Assembly: GCA_964245595.1 (NCBI GenBank)
Contig: CAXTNU010000001.1
Span: 1-52,648 of the forward strand
Length of the DNA stretch: 52,648 bases
Reading direction: 5' to 3'
Source: an uncultured bacterium
Lineage (GTDB): Bacteria; Vulcanimicrobiota; Vulcanimicrobiia; Vulcanimicrobiales; Vulcanimicrobiaceae
How positions within the stretch are numbered: position 1 is the stretch's first letter; every line of letters starts with the position of its first letter. The notes beneath the pieces are model-generated. The model was not told the DNA's origin, did no database searches, and worked only from the letters and a program-made list of their open reading frames with translations. Shown here in pieces: positions 11,089 to 22,251 of this stretch. Position numbers and translations under genes: made by a program.

Positions 11089-11946
11089 TTATCCAGCCAG
11101 GGCTTCGGCGCCGCCGACGATCTCCAGGATTTCCTTGGTGATCGAGGCTTGGCGCGCTTTGTTCATCTCGACGGTGTTCTCGTCGATGAGTTTCTTGGCG
11201 TTGTCGGTGGCGTTGTTCATCGCCACGAGCTGAGCGGCGTAGAACGAGGCGTTGGTCTCGAGCATGGCCGAGTACAGGGTGAACTCGAGGTACTTGGGCA
11301 GCAGCCGGCCGAGCACGAACTCCGGCGACGGCTCGAATTCGACCGCCCCGGCCGAGGCCTTGGGCGCCGTGGCGTCATCGGGCACGATCGGCAGGATCTG
11401 GCGCACCTCGGGCCGCTGCGTCATCATGTTGACCAGCTTGGGCGACACGAGCGTCAGCGACGAGATGCGGCCCGCCGTGAAGTCGTCGGTGACCCGCCGC
11501 GCCAGCTCCTGGGCGTTGGCGAACATGTCGCCTTGCGCCAGCGGCCAGAACTGCAGCGTCTCGCCGCTCTGGCGGCGCAGGGCGTTACGGCTCTTGATGC
11601 CGATCGCGTACCAGGCCAGGTTCGCGTTCTCGCGGCCGTGGATCTCGGCCGAGCGGATCAGGTTGGCGTTGAACGAGCCGGCCAGCCCCTTGTCGGCGGT
11701 CATCAGGATCACGCCGCCCGGCGCGTTCTCACGGCCGGGCTTCATGAACGGGTGGTCGACCGCGCCGACGTTCGCGATCAGGTCGCGCAGCATCGCACCG
11801 ATCGCGTCGGCGTACGGGCGCGACTGCTTCTGCAGCGCCTCGGCGCGGCGAATCTTCGCCGCCGCGACCTGCTTCATCGCCTTGGTGATCTGCTGCGTGT
11901 TCTTCAGCGACCGAATCCGGTCCCGAAGATCGCGAACGCTCGGCAT
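11089..11946 (-). CDS. atpG: ATP synthase F1 gamma
   Basis: ITKAMKQVAAAK, DKGLAG, NKARQASITKEILEI. Confidence 0.98.
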   Translation of the reverse strand: MPSVRDLRDRIRSLKNTQQITKAMKQVAAAKIRRAEALQKQSRPYADAIGAMLRDLIANVGAVDHPFMKPGRENAPGGVILMTADKGLAGSFNANLIRSAEIHGRENANLAWYAIGIKSRNALRRQSGETLQFWPLAQGDMFANAQELARRVTDDFTAGRISSLTLVSPKLVNMMTQRPEVRQILPIVPDDATAPKASAGAVEFEPSPEFVLGRLLPKYLEFTLYSAMLETNASFYAAQLVAMNNATDNAKKLIDENTVEMNKARQASITKEILEIVGGAEALAG

Positions 11947-12041
11947 CAGCCGCGTCCGCTACGCGGCCGCAGCGGGGACGTCGCGCCACACGTGGCGCCT
12001 CCGCGGCCGGCCGGGTTGGTGGTGTTCATGGTGGCGGTCAT
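11944..12041 (-). repeat. Palindromic intergenic element copy 2, containing a 31-aa mini-ORF (11946-12041)
   Basis: Homologous to 9476-9570; ORF MTATMNTTNPAGRGGATCGATSPLRPRSGRG ends TGATG on the atpG start. Confidence 0.75.
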
Positions 12042-12049
12042 CGAGACGA

Positions 12050-13549
<1,500 letters not shown>

Positions 13550-13689
13550 TTTAATTGCCTCCAGCATGGGGCGCTCCGCCCCAGGCTGCGCGCCCCCCAC
13601 GCTGTGCGTGGGGCCCCCGGGCTCGGGCGCCCGCGAGATTGGTGGTAAATTCGAGATTCCCCGAGGTCGCTTGCGACATGATCTCTGTC

Positions 13690-14226
13690 TTAATTCGTGC
13701 TGAGCAGGCGGGCGATGTCGTCGAGGCGGCCGGCGATCGTGCCGTCGGCGCGCTTGTCGCCCATCGTGATGCGAACGCCGCCGATCAGGTTCGGGTCGAC
13801 CGACTGCGTGACGTCGAACTGGGTGCGGTAGGCCGCCGCGAGGCGGGCGACGATCGCGTCCAGCTCGCCCCGGGAGAGCTGGCGGGCGCTGGTGACCTGG
13901 AGCGGCTGGGCGCCGCGCGCCTGGCGCTCGAGGACGTCGTACTGCCCGACGATCTCCTCCACCATCGCCTCGCGGCGCTTGCGGACCAGCAGCAGGATCG
14001 TGTGCAGCGCGATCGGGTCCAGGCGCGCGAAGGCCTGGCCGACGATGGTCTCCTTCTCCTTGCGGTCGACGACCGGGGAGCGGAAGAACTTGCGCACGTC
14101 GGCGTCTGCATCCAGGGCCGCGACGAAGGTGTGCAGATCGTGCTGGACCGGCGCGACCTTGCCCGCCTCCTGGGCGAGCTGGAAGACGGCGCTGGCATAG
14201 CGGCGGGCGAGGGTCTCGTTGGGCAT
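13690..14226 (-). CDS. atpH: ATP synthase F1 delta
   Basis: [20 protein letters not shown]. Confidence 0.95.
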   Translation of the reverse strand: MPNETLARRYASAVFQLAQEAGKVAPVQHDLHTFVAALDADADVRKFFRSPVVDRKEKETIVGQAFARLDPIALHTILLLVRKRREAMVEEIVGQYDVLERQARGAQPLQVTSARQLSRGELDAIVARLAAAYRTQFDVTQSVDPNLIGGVRITMGDKRADGTIAGRLDDIARLLSTN

Positions 14227-14729
14227 CAGAGCTTCCCTCGGGACAGATCGTCGACCGTCTCGTTCACCAGGCGGGTGTTGGTGCGCTCGTCGACGCGGCC
14301 GGCAGCCTGCGCGCGGGCTTGCAGCAGCGCCTTCTCGATGAGCTCGATGCGCAGCCGGTCGCGCGCCGCCATGCGGGCCCGTTCGAGCTCGCCCTGGGCG
14401 TTGCGCACCATGCGCTCGCCGTCGGCCCGGGCTTCGGCCACGAGCTGGTCGTGCTCGCGCTCGACCACGGTCTCCACGCGGGCGCGGATCTCGGCCGCGT
14501 CGCGCTGCGCGCCCTCGACCTCGGCCCGGGCCGTCCCCGCTTCGGCGCGAACCCGCTCGCGGCGCGCCTCGGCCTCGGCGATCTCGGCGTTGCGGGCGCG
14601 CTCGTTGGCCTCGACGGCCGGGATCAGGTACTTGCGGAAGAGCAGGATCAGCACGATCAGGAAGACGACCGCGCCCAGCACCTGCGACCACAGCGCGACG
14701 GATTCGAAGAAGCGGTTGGTGGTTTCCAT
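14226..14729 (-). CDS. atpF: ATP synthase F0 subunit b
   Basis: N-terminal TM followed by coiled coil; operon position. Confidence 0.9.
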   Translation of the reverse strand: METTNRFFESVALWSQVLGAVVFLIVLILLFRKYLIPAVEANERARNAEIAEAEARRERVRAEAGTARAEVEGAQRDAAEIRARVETVVEREHDQLVAEARADGERMVRNAQGELERARMAARDRLRIELIEKALLQARAQAAGRVDERTNTRLVNETVDDLSRGKL

Positions 14730-15163
14730 CAGGCCCCGGCCCCCGAGCCGATCGCGCGCTCGAGCATGGTCTGCGCGAGCCCGTCGACGATCTGCGCCTC
14801 GTTGGTGCGCGCGGCCTCGATCTCGCCGCCGACCTGGCGGTGCGCGTCCTCGACGATGGCGATGGCCCGGCTCTGGTAGTCGCCGGTCACCTGGCCCGCC
14901 TCGTTCTGCGCCGTGACGCGGGCCTTCGCGATCGCCGCGTCGGCTTCGCGCCGCGCCGCGGCGCGGTGCTCCTCGGCCGTTCCGCGCGCCGAGCGCACCT
15001 CGGCCTCGCCGCTCTCGATGTCGCGCGCCAAGCCGTCGATGTAGGCCCGGCGCTGCGCGATGGCGCGGCCGACCGGCCGCAAGAACGCGACGTTCAGCAG
15101 GACGATGAAGAGGACGAAGTTGACGACCTGGACGAGCAGCGTCCCGTCGATCGAGAGAAACAC
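14729..15163 (-). CDS. ATP synthase F0 subunit b'
   Basis: VFLSIDGTLLVQVVNF...FLRP..R; second b-type subunit. Confidence 0.88.
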   Translation of the reverse strand: MFLSIDGTLLVQVVNFVLFIVLLNVAFLRPVGRAIAQRRAYIDGLARDIESGEAEVRSARGTAEEHRAAARREADAAIAKARVTAQNEAGQVTGDYQSRAIAIVEDAHRQVGGEIEAARTNEAQIVDGLAQTMLERAIGSGAGA

Positions 15164-15167
15164 GGCC

Positions 15168-15446
15168 CTACTTGACGATCGCCTGGATGTGCGCCGGCAC
15201 GTTGGTGACGGCAAAGAACAGGTACAGGCCCAATCCCAGGCCGATGATCGGGAACGCCTCCAGAATGCCGACGCCCAGGAAGAAGAACGTGAAGATGTTG
15301 GGGCGGGCTTCGGGCTGACGCGCGATGGCCTCGACGGCCTTCGAAGCGACGATACCGTCGCCGATGGCCGAGCCGAAGGCGACGGCCGCGACGATCAGCG
15401 AGAAGCCGATCACCATCATTGCGAGGATCAGAGCATCCGAGGTCAC
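15168..15446 (-). CDS. atpE: ATP synthase F0 subunit c
   Basis: ARQPE loop; ion-binding Glu in GILEAF. Confidence 0.96.
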   Translation of the reverse strand: MTSDALILAMMVIGFSLIVAAVAFGSAIGDGIVASKAVEAIARQPEARPNIFTFFFLGVGILEAFPIIGLGLGLYLFFAVTNVPAHIQAIVK

Positions 15447-15546
15447 GTGGAGCGAGCCTTTCTAGGTGTCCGCCGCCGAACGGCGGGCGATTGGAGGGCG
15501 GCTTGAGCGAAGCCCAAACGCGACGGGTTCGCGCAGCGCGAACCCA

Positions 15547-16278
15547 CTAGTGTTCCTCGGCCGTCGCCAAGGAGAGATAGACGATGGAGAGGAGGGTGAA
15601 GACGAACGCCTGCAGCGTACCGATGAAGAAGTTGAAGAACTCGAGCAGGAACGGCACGATCGCCGCGCCCAGCGACAGGTTCACCGGGCCGACTTTGACG
15701 TTGGACGCGATGATCGTCGCGACGACGAACAGCAGCAGCTCGCCGACGAAGATGTTGAAGAACAGCCGCAGCGCGAGGACGACCGGGCGGGCCAGCTCCT
15801 CGATCAGGTTGAGCGGAAACAGGACCGCGAACGGCTTGAAGAGGTGTCCGAACGCGCCGATGCCGTTCTTGCGGATCGCGACGAACCAGATCCCGAAGAA
15901 CACCAGCAGCGCGAACGCGACGGTGGTGTTGAGATCGGCCGTCGGCGCGCCGCCGAACGGCAGCCCGAGCTGCTTGAAGGGGAAGAAGCCGACCTGGTTG
16001 AGGATGAAGATGAAGAAGAACATCCCGATGAAGATCGGGACGAACCGTTCGCCTTGCTTGCCGATCGTGCTGACCGCGAGGTCGGCCAGGTAGTTGACCA
16101 AGCCTTCGAACGTGGCCTGGGTCTTGTTGACCCGGTGCGTCGCGTACGAGCGGCCGAGCCACCAGAAGAAGGCCAGCGAGACGAGCATCACGAGCCAGGT
16201 CGTCAAGATCGTATCGGCATGCACGGAACCGATCGCCGGCCACTGCCAGGTCAGATGCGCGCCGACTTGTTCCTTCAC
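15547..16278 (-). CDS. atpB: ATP synthase F0 subunit a
   Basis: PTADLNTT, LALRLFFNI, LQAFVFTLL. Confidence 0.96.
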   Translation of the reverse strand: MKEQVGAHLTWQWPAIGSVHADTILTTWLVMLVSLAFFWWLGRSYATHRVNKTQATFEGLVNYLADLAVSTIGKQGERFVPIFIGMFFFIFILNQVGFFPFKQLGLPFGGAPTADLNTTVAFALLVFFGIWFVAIRKNGIGAFGHLFKPFAVLFPLNLIEELARPVVLALRLFFNIFVGELLLFVVATIIASNVKVGPVNLSLGAAIVPFLLEFFNFFIGTLQAFVFTLLSIVYLSLATAEEH

Positions 16279-16706
16279 CACGTCCCTCGTCGATATGCGT
16301 TGCGCAGCACGATCGCGTACGATGCCAGCGGCGCGAAGAATCCGGCGTAGGAGATCGCCAGAGCCCACACGGGGCCGGTGATCGCCGCAGTAGCCGGGAG
16401 AGTGCCGACACCCAGTACCCTGACCACGTTGTTGAGGCCGTACACACCACGCGAGCGTCTCCCGTCCAGGAGGCGCTCGTTGTTGCGCATGATCAACAGC
16501 ATGTTCACGACGCCGCACCCTCCTCCGAGCGCCAGGTCGAGACCCAGGAGCGGAGAGCGGAGAGCCACCAGGATGGCGAGCCCCGCGAGCAACAGCGACG
16601 TGCGTAGAGCGACCGACCGTTTGCGCGCATGATATTCGCGCAGCTCGGCCTGGTCGGCGCGCTCCGTATTGTCCCAGGTTTCGGGTCTCCCCTCCTGGAC
16701 TTTCAT
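16275..16706 (-). CDS. atpI: ATP synthase protein I-like membrane protein
   Basis: About 4 TM segments directly upstream of atpB. Confidence 0.65.
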   Translation of the reverse strand: MKVQEGRPETWDNTERADQAELREYHARKRSVALRTSLLLAGLAILVALRSPLLGLDLALGGGCGVVNMLLIMRNNERLLDGRRSRGVYGLNNVVRVLGVGTLPATAAITGPVWALAISYAGFFAPLASYAIVLRNAYRRGTW

Positions 16707-16717
16707 CGCACGAGAGC

Positions 16718-16903
16718 CTATTTGACCGAACGGACGACCTGGGAAACCGCGATTCCGCCCCCCACGACCAGCCCCGCGAACAGGCCCACGATGGCCCACC
16801 AGGATGCACCCGTTCGGTTCGCGGTCACCACGCCCAAGGCGAACCCGCCCAGCGTGCAGCCGACGAAGAGCGCCCCCAAACCGATCAGGTGGGACGGATT
16901 CAC
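16718..16903 (-). CDS. AtpZ/AtpI-family small membrane protein
   Basis: Two Gly-rich TM helices at the head of the atp genes. Confidence 0.65.
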   Translation of the reverse strand: MNPSHLIGLGALFVGCTLGGFALGVVTANRTGASWWAIVGLFAGLVVGGGIAVSQVVRSVK

Positions 16904-18114
16904 GTGGCGACACCCGAGCGGAACTGCTCGGACTGAGCTCCGGGACGAAACTCGTCGGGCTGCGGCCCGCCGCGCAAGACGTGGAGCAGCCAGCCGACGA
17001 TCCGCTCGGCCGCCCGGCCGTCGCCATAGGGGTTGGCGGTGTGGGCCAGCCGGCCGTACGCCTGGGCGTCGGTCAGCAGCCGGCGCGTTTCCGCGACGAT
17101 GACGTCGTAGTCGGAGCCGATCAGGCGCAGGGTGCCGGCCTCGAGCCCCTCGGGCCGCTCGGTCTCGCGCCGCATCACCAGCACCGGCCGGCCCAGGGTG
17201 GGCGCCTCTTCCTGCAGCCCGCCCGAGTCGGTCAGCACGAAGTGCGAGGCCCGCACCGCGGCGACGGTCTCGGCATAGTCGAGCGGCTCCAGCAAGCGAA
17301 CGCCCTCGACCCCGTCGAGCACGCCGTGGACGACCGGGTGGACCGCCGGCGAGGGGTGGACCGGCCAGACGATCTGCGGCCGCTCGGGGAAGCCCGCGAT
17401 CGTGCCGACGGCGCGGGCGATGTCGGCCATCGCGCCGTGGTTCTCGCGCCGGTGGGCGGTCACGAAGATCATCGGCCGGGCCGGGTCGAGGCCGTCCAGC
17501 GCGTGGGTGCCGACCCCGTTGCCCAGCCGCCGGCTGGTGGCCAGGAAGGCGTCGATGACGGTGTTGCCGGTGACCACGACGTGGGCGTGGTCGGTCCGCT
17601 CGGCCAGCAGGTTGGCCTTGGAGCGCGCGGTCGGCGCGAAATGGAAGGAGGCCAGCACCCCGGTCAGGCGCCGGTTGGCCTCCTCGGGGAAAGGCTCGGT
17701 GATGGTCGAGGTGCGCAGGCCGGCCTCGACGTGGCCGACCGGGATCTTCGCGTAGAACGCGGCCAGCGCGGCGGCGGTCGAGCTGGTGGTGTCGCCGTGC
17801 ACGAGGACGACGTCGGGCCTGGTCTGGGCCAGCACCCGCTCCATGCCGGTCAGGACCCGGGTCGTGATGTCGGTCAGCGACTGGGCCCGGGTCATGATGT
17901 CGAGGTCGACGTCGGGCACGATCTCGAACAGCCGCAGCACCTCGTCGAGCATCTCGCGGTGCTGAGCGGTGACGCAGACGATCGGTTCGACCGCCGGCAT
18001 CGCGGCCCGCAGCGCGTGCACGACGGGCGCCATCTTGATCGTGTCGGGCCGCGTGCCCATCACGGCCATGACGCGCAGCGGCCGGGCGTTCGAGGCGGGC
18101 GGCTGGGCGCTCAT
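16900..18114 (-). CDS. wecB: UDP-N-acetylglucosamine 2-epimerase (non-hydrolysing)
   Basis: GTRPD.IKMAP, HGDT, HVEAGLR, PFPEE.NR, TDSGGLQEEAP, NPYGDG. Confidence 0.96.
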   Translation of the reverse strand: MSAQPPASNARPLRVMAVMGTRPDTIKMAPVVHALRAAMPAVEPIVCVTAQHREMLDEVLRLFEIVPDVDLDIMTRAQSLTDITTRVLTGMERVLAQTRPDVVLVHGDTTSSTAAALAAFYAKIPVGHVEAGLRTSTITEPFPEEANRRLTGVLASFHFAPTARSKANLLAERTDHAHVVVTGNTVIDAFLATSRRLGNGVGTHALDGLDPARPMIFVTAHRRENHGAMADIARAVGTIAGFPERPQIVWPVHPSPAVHPVVHGVLDGVEGVRLLEPLDYAETVAAVRASHFVLTDSGGLQEEAPTLGRPVLVMRRETERPEGLEAGTLRLIGSDYDVIVAETRRLLTDAQAYGRLAHTANPYGDGRAAERIVGWLLHVLRGGPQPDEFRPGAQSEQFRSGVAT

Positions 18115-19112
18115 CGCGCGCGCACCCCGCCGCCGACGCCGGACAGCACGAGGGCGACCACGCCCAGGACGAGACAGAGCGCGTAGATCAGAAGAACCGC
18201 CTGGCGGACGTTGAGCCCGAACCGGAAGATGAGCTGGTGGTGGAAATGGCCGCGGTCGGCCTCGTAGAACTTCTTGCCCGCGCGCGTGCGGCGCACGATC
18301 GCGAAGGCCGTGTCGAGCACCGGCAGGCCGAGCGCGACCAGCGGCACGAGCAGCGAGATGGTGAAGGCCGTCTTGCTCGCGCCCTCGATCGACACGGTCG
18401 CGAACACGTAGCCGATGAAGAGCGCGCCCGAGTCGCCCAGGATGATCTTGGCCGGGTTGAAGTTGTAGGGCAGAAAGCCCAGCACGCCGCCGACCAGCGC
18501 GGCCAGGATCAGCGCCAGCTCGGGGTGCCCGTGGGTCAGGCTGATGACCAGCAGCGACATGCCCGAGATCGCGGTCAGCCCCGAGAGCAGGCCGTCGAGC
18601 CCGTCGATGAAGTTGATCGCGTTCATCATCCCGACGTACCAGATCAAGCTCAGCGGAATCGGCAGCCAGACCGGCAGATAGAGCGGCGCGCCGTGGTGGA
18701 ACGGGTTGGTGACGTAGGGCGGGATGACGAAGCCGTAGAGCATCGAGATGCCGGCCACGACGATCTGCGCGACCAGCTTGCCGCGCGGCGACATGCCCAT
18801 CACGTCGTCCCAGATGCCGACCATCAGGATCAGCGTGCCGCCGAAGATCAGCCCGATCGCGTCGTGCAGGTTGTCCTTGTTGCCGAACTGGTTCTTGGCG
18901 ATGAGGTAGCCCAGCGCGGAGAACATCGCGAACGCGAAGCCCAGGTACACCGCGATCCCGCCGATGCGGGGCTTGGGCACGTCGTGCATGCGCCGCTCGC
19001 CCGACTCGTCGAGCATCCCGACGGAGAGCGCCAGCCGGCGCACGTAGGGCGTGGTGAAGAGCGCGGTGGCGAACGCCAGCAGCAGCGCCACGGCGATGAT
19101 GGCGGGGTTCAT
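18111..19112 (-). CDS. MraY-family undecaprenyl-phosphate GlcNAc-1-phosphate transferase (WecA/TagO-like)
   Basis: PRIGG, GIWDD, NAINFIDGLDGL, NFNPAKI.LGDSG, DRGHFHH. Confidence 0.93.
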   Translation of the reverse strand: MNPAIIAVALLLAFATALFTTPYVRRLALSVGMLDESGERRMHDVPKPRIGGIAVYLGFAFAMFSALGYLIAKNQFGNKDNLHDAIGLIFGGTLILMVGIWDDVMGMSPRGKLVAQIVVAGISMLYGFVIPPYVTNPFHHGAPLYLPVWLPIPLSLIWYVGMMNAINFIDGLDGLLSGLTAISGMSLLVISLTHGHPELALILAALVGGVLGFLPYNFNPAKIILGDSGALFIGYVFATVSIEGASKTAFTISLLVPLVALGLPVLDTAFAIVRRTRAGKKFYEADRGHFHHQLIFRFGLNVRQAVLLIYALCLVLGVVALVLSGVGGGVRAR

Positions 19113-19160
19113 CGAGCCCCCGCTACCGCTGCCGCCGGACCAGGATGACGTGTACCAGGG

Positions 19161-19643
19161 TCACGCGCGGGCCGGTTCGGGCACGAACTGCTCGAGCGCC
19201 ACGCCCGCCTCGGCCAGCAGCGCTTGCGCGACCGGATCGGGGTAGGCGTCGGCGTAGACGATCCGGACCACGCCGGCGCTGATCAGCAGCTTGGAGCAGC
19301 CCGCGCAGGGCTGGTGGGTGCAGTAGGCCGTCGCCCCCGCGATCCCGACCCCGTGCAGGGCGCCCTGGACGATCGCGTTGGCCTCGGCGTGGGTGGCCCG
19401 CAGGCAGTGGCCGTCGACGATCAGGCAGCCGGCGTCGGTGCAGTGGGCGACCCCGCGGGGGGCGCCGTTGTAGCCGGTGGTGAGGATGCGCCGGTCCCGG
19501 GTGAGCACCGCCCCGACGCTGGCCCGCGGGCAGGTCGCCCGCGTGGCCACCGTCCGCGCGATGTCCATGAAGTACTCGTCCCAGCCGGGGCGCGTTACAC
19601 CGGAAACTCGATTCACCCCGGAAATTCGCTCGTCTTCTCGCAA
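19161..19643 (-). CDS. dCMP/cytidine deaminase (ComEB-like); first codons supplied by the island
   Basis: RPGWDEYFM, ATC.R..VGAV, GYNG, HAEANA, PC..C; TTG start aligns with the GTG of the displaced copy at 45759. Confidence 0.9.
   Translation of the reverse strand: MREDERISGVNRVSGVTRPGWDEYFMDIARTVATRATCPRASVGAVLTRDRRILTTGYNGAPRGVAHCTDAGCLIVDGHCLRATHAEANAIVQGALHGVGIAGATAYCTHQPCAGCSKLLISAGVVRIVYADAYPDPVAQALLAEAGVALEQFVPEPARA
19582..19593 (+). repeat. attL-like core
   Basis: CAGCCGGGGCGC, identical to 45701-45712. Confidence 0.85.
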
Positions 19644-19653
19644 TCCGCCCCGT

Positions 19654-20478
19654 TTATTCGCCGTCTCCCCTTCTGCGGCCCGGCGACTTGTAGGAGGGCA
19701 CGCCGTCGCGCAGGTAGCGGCCCAGGAAGGCCCTCGTGTGATGCGTGCCGCCGGTGCGGACCTGGCGTGTCGCCGCCACGGTCGCTCCGACGGTGCCGTC
19801 GAAATCCGCGATGGCTGAGCACAGTGCCCTGAGTGCCTCGCGCCATGGCGTCTCGGCCAGGCGGTAGACGCGGAACGGTCCGACGGTGGTGGCCGTGAAG
19901 AGGCCGTCGCGCTCCATCGGCCGGAGCAGGGCGAGCATCTCATGCTGGGTCTTGACGCCGCAGCCGCGCGCGACGGAACTCTCGTCCACCTCCTCGAGCT
20001 GCGCCACGAGGATGACGGCAAGGGTCCGCAGCGGTGACCCGAGCCAAGTCAGCGGGCTGCCTTGGGCGCCGCGTTTCGGAAACTGACGCGGGGTCGTCGG
20101 TGCATCTACAAGGCACGAACCTTCGGGGATTGGCGCTGGTGGGCCGATGCGCACGGCGTTCGCGGCGCCGACCGCCGTCAGCACGCGTCGAACCGCGGGA
20201 GTGAGCGGGCCTTCTCGGGCCAGGCGGTAATCGAAGACGTTCCAACGCTCGGCCGTCGTCCAGCGCCCGATGAGGCCGGCGATGGCCATTTTCCGCAGGA
20301 GGCCTTCGGCCCCGGATGCCGACAGGGCGGCGAGCGCCGGGATGGCGTTTCGGCGCGCGGGCTCGGCCGAGCCGATCTCGACGAGGACCCGCGTCGCGAG
20401 GCTGTTGCCCAGGAACAAGGGCGGGTATCCTTCCTGCGCCTCGCTCCGCCGGCGGCGAGCCGGGTCCCACCTGTCCAC
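19654..20478 (-). CDS. Double winged-helix protein, paralog A
   Basis: Two repeats of the LG...RT.V..E...L..LE.DG...G..R.Y.L wHTH pattern; paralogous to 20518-21390. Confidence 0.6.
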   Translation of the reverse strand: MDRWDPARRRRSEAQEGYPPLFLGNSLATRVLVEIGSAEPARRNAIPALAALSASGAEGLLRKMAIAGLIGRWTTAERWNVFDYRLAREGPLTPAVRRVLTAVGAANAVRIGPPAPIPEGSCLVDAPTTPRQFPKRGAQGSPLTWLGSPLRTLAVILVAQLEEVDESSVARGCGVKTQHEMLALLRPMERDGLFTATTVGPFRVYRLAETPWREALRALCSAIADFDGTVGATVAATRQVRTGGTHHTRAFLGRYLRDGVPSYKSPGRRRGDGE

Positions 20479-20517
20479 GAGACGGCGGTACGCTGCCGCG
20501 ATCCAGGCTCCCCGTGG

Positions 20518-21390
20518 CTAACGCCGTCGCCGACGGCGGCGCGGCCGCATGGGCTCCAAACCGAGATGCGCGCGAAGGTGAACGCGGCCGGAGCACTGGC
20601 CGTGAACCAGGAGGATCCTGGCCGGCGCGATGACGCTCGCGAGGTCGGGTCGGACGCGGAGGACGGCCTGGCAGAGCGCGATGAGCGGCTCGGTCCAGGG
20701 TGCCTTGAAGAGCCGGTAGAGCCGGATGGAGCCGACCATCCCGCTGGTCAGCACCCCGTCCGCCTCGAGCGGGTCCAAGAGGCGGTGCATGTCGCCGTCC
20801 GTCCGCACCCCGGCGACCCGGGCGATGGTCGAGGCGTCCCCCGCGCCGAGCGAGGCGCAGACCAGGACCGCCGTCGTGCGGTTGGGGTGGCCGAAGATGG
20901 TCTCGACGTCGCCCGGTGGGCGGCCGAAGATGCGCAGCCTGGTGACGTTTGAGCCCTCGACCACGGCGAGATCTTCGGACGGTGAAGGGGAGGGTGTCCA
21001 GGTCAGGTTGTTCGTGTCCGCGATGCTGCGCAGCAGGTCGCGCACCGGCTCGGCGAGTGAGTGGCGTCGGTCGAGGGTCAGGAGGTAGCCGTCGTGGTGG
21101 GCGGGATTGCGGTAGCGCCGCACCAATCTGAGCGCAACGAGCCTGCGGACGGTGTGGCCGAGATTGGCGTCCGTGACGTTCGCGCGCTCGGGTAGGTCGT
21201 TGATGGCCACGGGCTCGCGTGCGGCGATTTCGACGAGCGTCTTTGTGACGGCCGCTGAGCCTAGGATCAGTGCCGGGTATCCCGGCCTATTTGCTTTGAT
21301 GTTGTCCTGTCGACGCCCGCGTGGACTTGGGATTCGGTCGTGAACCAACGAAGGAGCATAGCCTGGCTTTTCTTTTTCGTTGCGGCGCAT
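20518..21390 (-). CDS. Double winged-helix protein, paralog B (start uncertain)
   Basis: GYPALILGSAAVTKTLVEI vs GYPPLFLGNSLATRVLVEI in paralog A; IFGHPNRT...LDPLEADG...GSIRLYRL. Confidence 0.6.
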   Translation of the reverse strand: MRRNEKEKPGYAPSLVHDRIPSPRGRRQDNIKANRPGYPALILGSAAVTKTLVEIAAREPVAINDLPERANVTDANLGHTVRRLVALRLVRRYRNPAHHDGYLLTLDRRHSLAEPVRDLLRSIADTNNLTWTPSPSPSEDLAVVEGSNVTRLRIFGRPPGDVETIFGHPNRTTAVLVCASLGAGDASTIARVAGVRTDGDMHRLLDPLEADGVLTSGMVGSIRLYRLFKAPWTEPLIALCQAVLRVRPDLASVIAPARILLVHGQCSGRVHLRAHLGLEPMRPRRRRRRR

Positions 21391-21603
21391 GCACCGGCAC
21401 GCGGCGCCGCAACGAACGAAACTGTACGGTTCGGCTCTGACCCATCGGGAATCGGAGCGACACGGGAACGGGCGGAGGGATGCGCTCCGCAGGGTGTCTG
21501 TCCCTCGTCCACCGTTCGGCGCGCGTAGCGCCCACATGCTCAGTCCGCGCTAGGTACTGCGGGTCCTCACACACGGTACGATTGCCGCATGGCGACGCCG
21601 GCA

Positions 21604-22242
21604 CTAGAATTTCGTGCGCAGTAGGCCGAGCGAATCGGCCTCCAGGGCCGCGATACGGCGGCCGAGGTTTTCCCGCGCGGTCGTTTCCGAATGCACCACG
21701 TCGAGCGCGTGGGCAAGGCCGAAGTCCACTGCCGGCGCGGCGAGCACGCGCTCACGCATGATCGAGAAGCGTGACATCGCCGCCAAGCCCTCCAACAAGG
21801 TGTCGAAGTGGACGAACCGTCCCTGCAACTGCGCGCAGATGTCCGCAAGTGAGGCAGTTGCAGCGAGCGCGCGGATGCATCGTCCGTCGCCCGTAAAGAG
21901 CAGTGTGTCCGCGTTCGAGCAGGCGTAATCAATGAAGCGAGCTTCGCCGTCGTCGATGCCGGGAACCGCAGCGAGCCGCTTCAGACGCACCGCATCAACT
22001 GCGTCCGACGGCAGCGGTTCGCACATCGTGTACATGGTGTAGGCGTCCTTCCGGACGTCCGTTGTCGCGTAGAACTTTGCGTACAGCGGCAGCTTGTCGC
22101 TCAGGCGAAGCGAACCAAACGCGGCCGGCACGCAGAAGTACGGTCGCTTAGCTCCGTTCGACCGGAGCAACCGGTCTAGTTCGGCCACCAGTGAGAACGA
22201 CGCCGTCTTGATGATGACATCGTTGTCGAGAAGCGGCTGCAC
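21604..22242 (-). CDS. PIN-like protein
   Basis: LLDNDVIIK, IDDGEA, FTGDGR acidic motif set. Confidence 0.6.
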   Translation of the reverse strand: MQPLLDNDVIIKTASFSLVAELDRLLRSNGAKRPYFCVPAAFGSLRLSDKLPLYAKFYATTDVRKDAYTMYTMCEPLPSDAVDAVRLKRLAAVPGIDDGEARFIDYACSNADTLLFTGDGRCIRALAATASLADICAQLQGRFVHFDTLLEGLAAMSRFSIMRERVLAAPAVDFGLAHALDVVHSETTARENLGRRIAALEADSLGLLRTKF

Positions 22243-22251
22243 CAGTTGACG

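Noticed and set aside
15168-15446. Na+-translocating or N-type ATPase
   Set aside because: The c subunit has EA rather than the ES/ET Na+ signature, and the gene order is standard F-type.
21376-21416. Rho-independent terminator
   Set aside because: The 13-bp stem has no U-tract following it on either strand.
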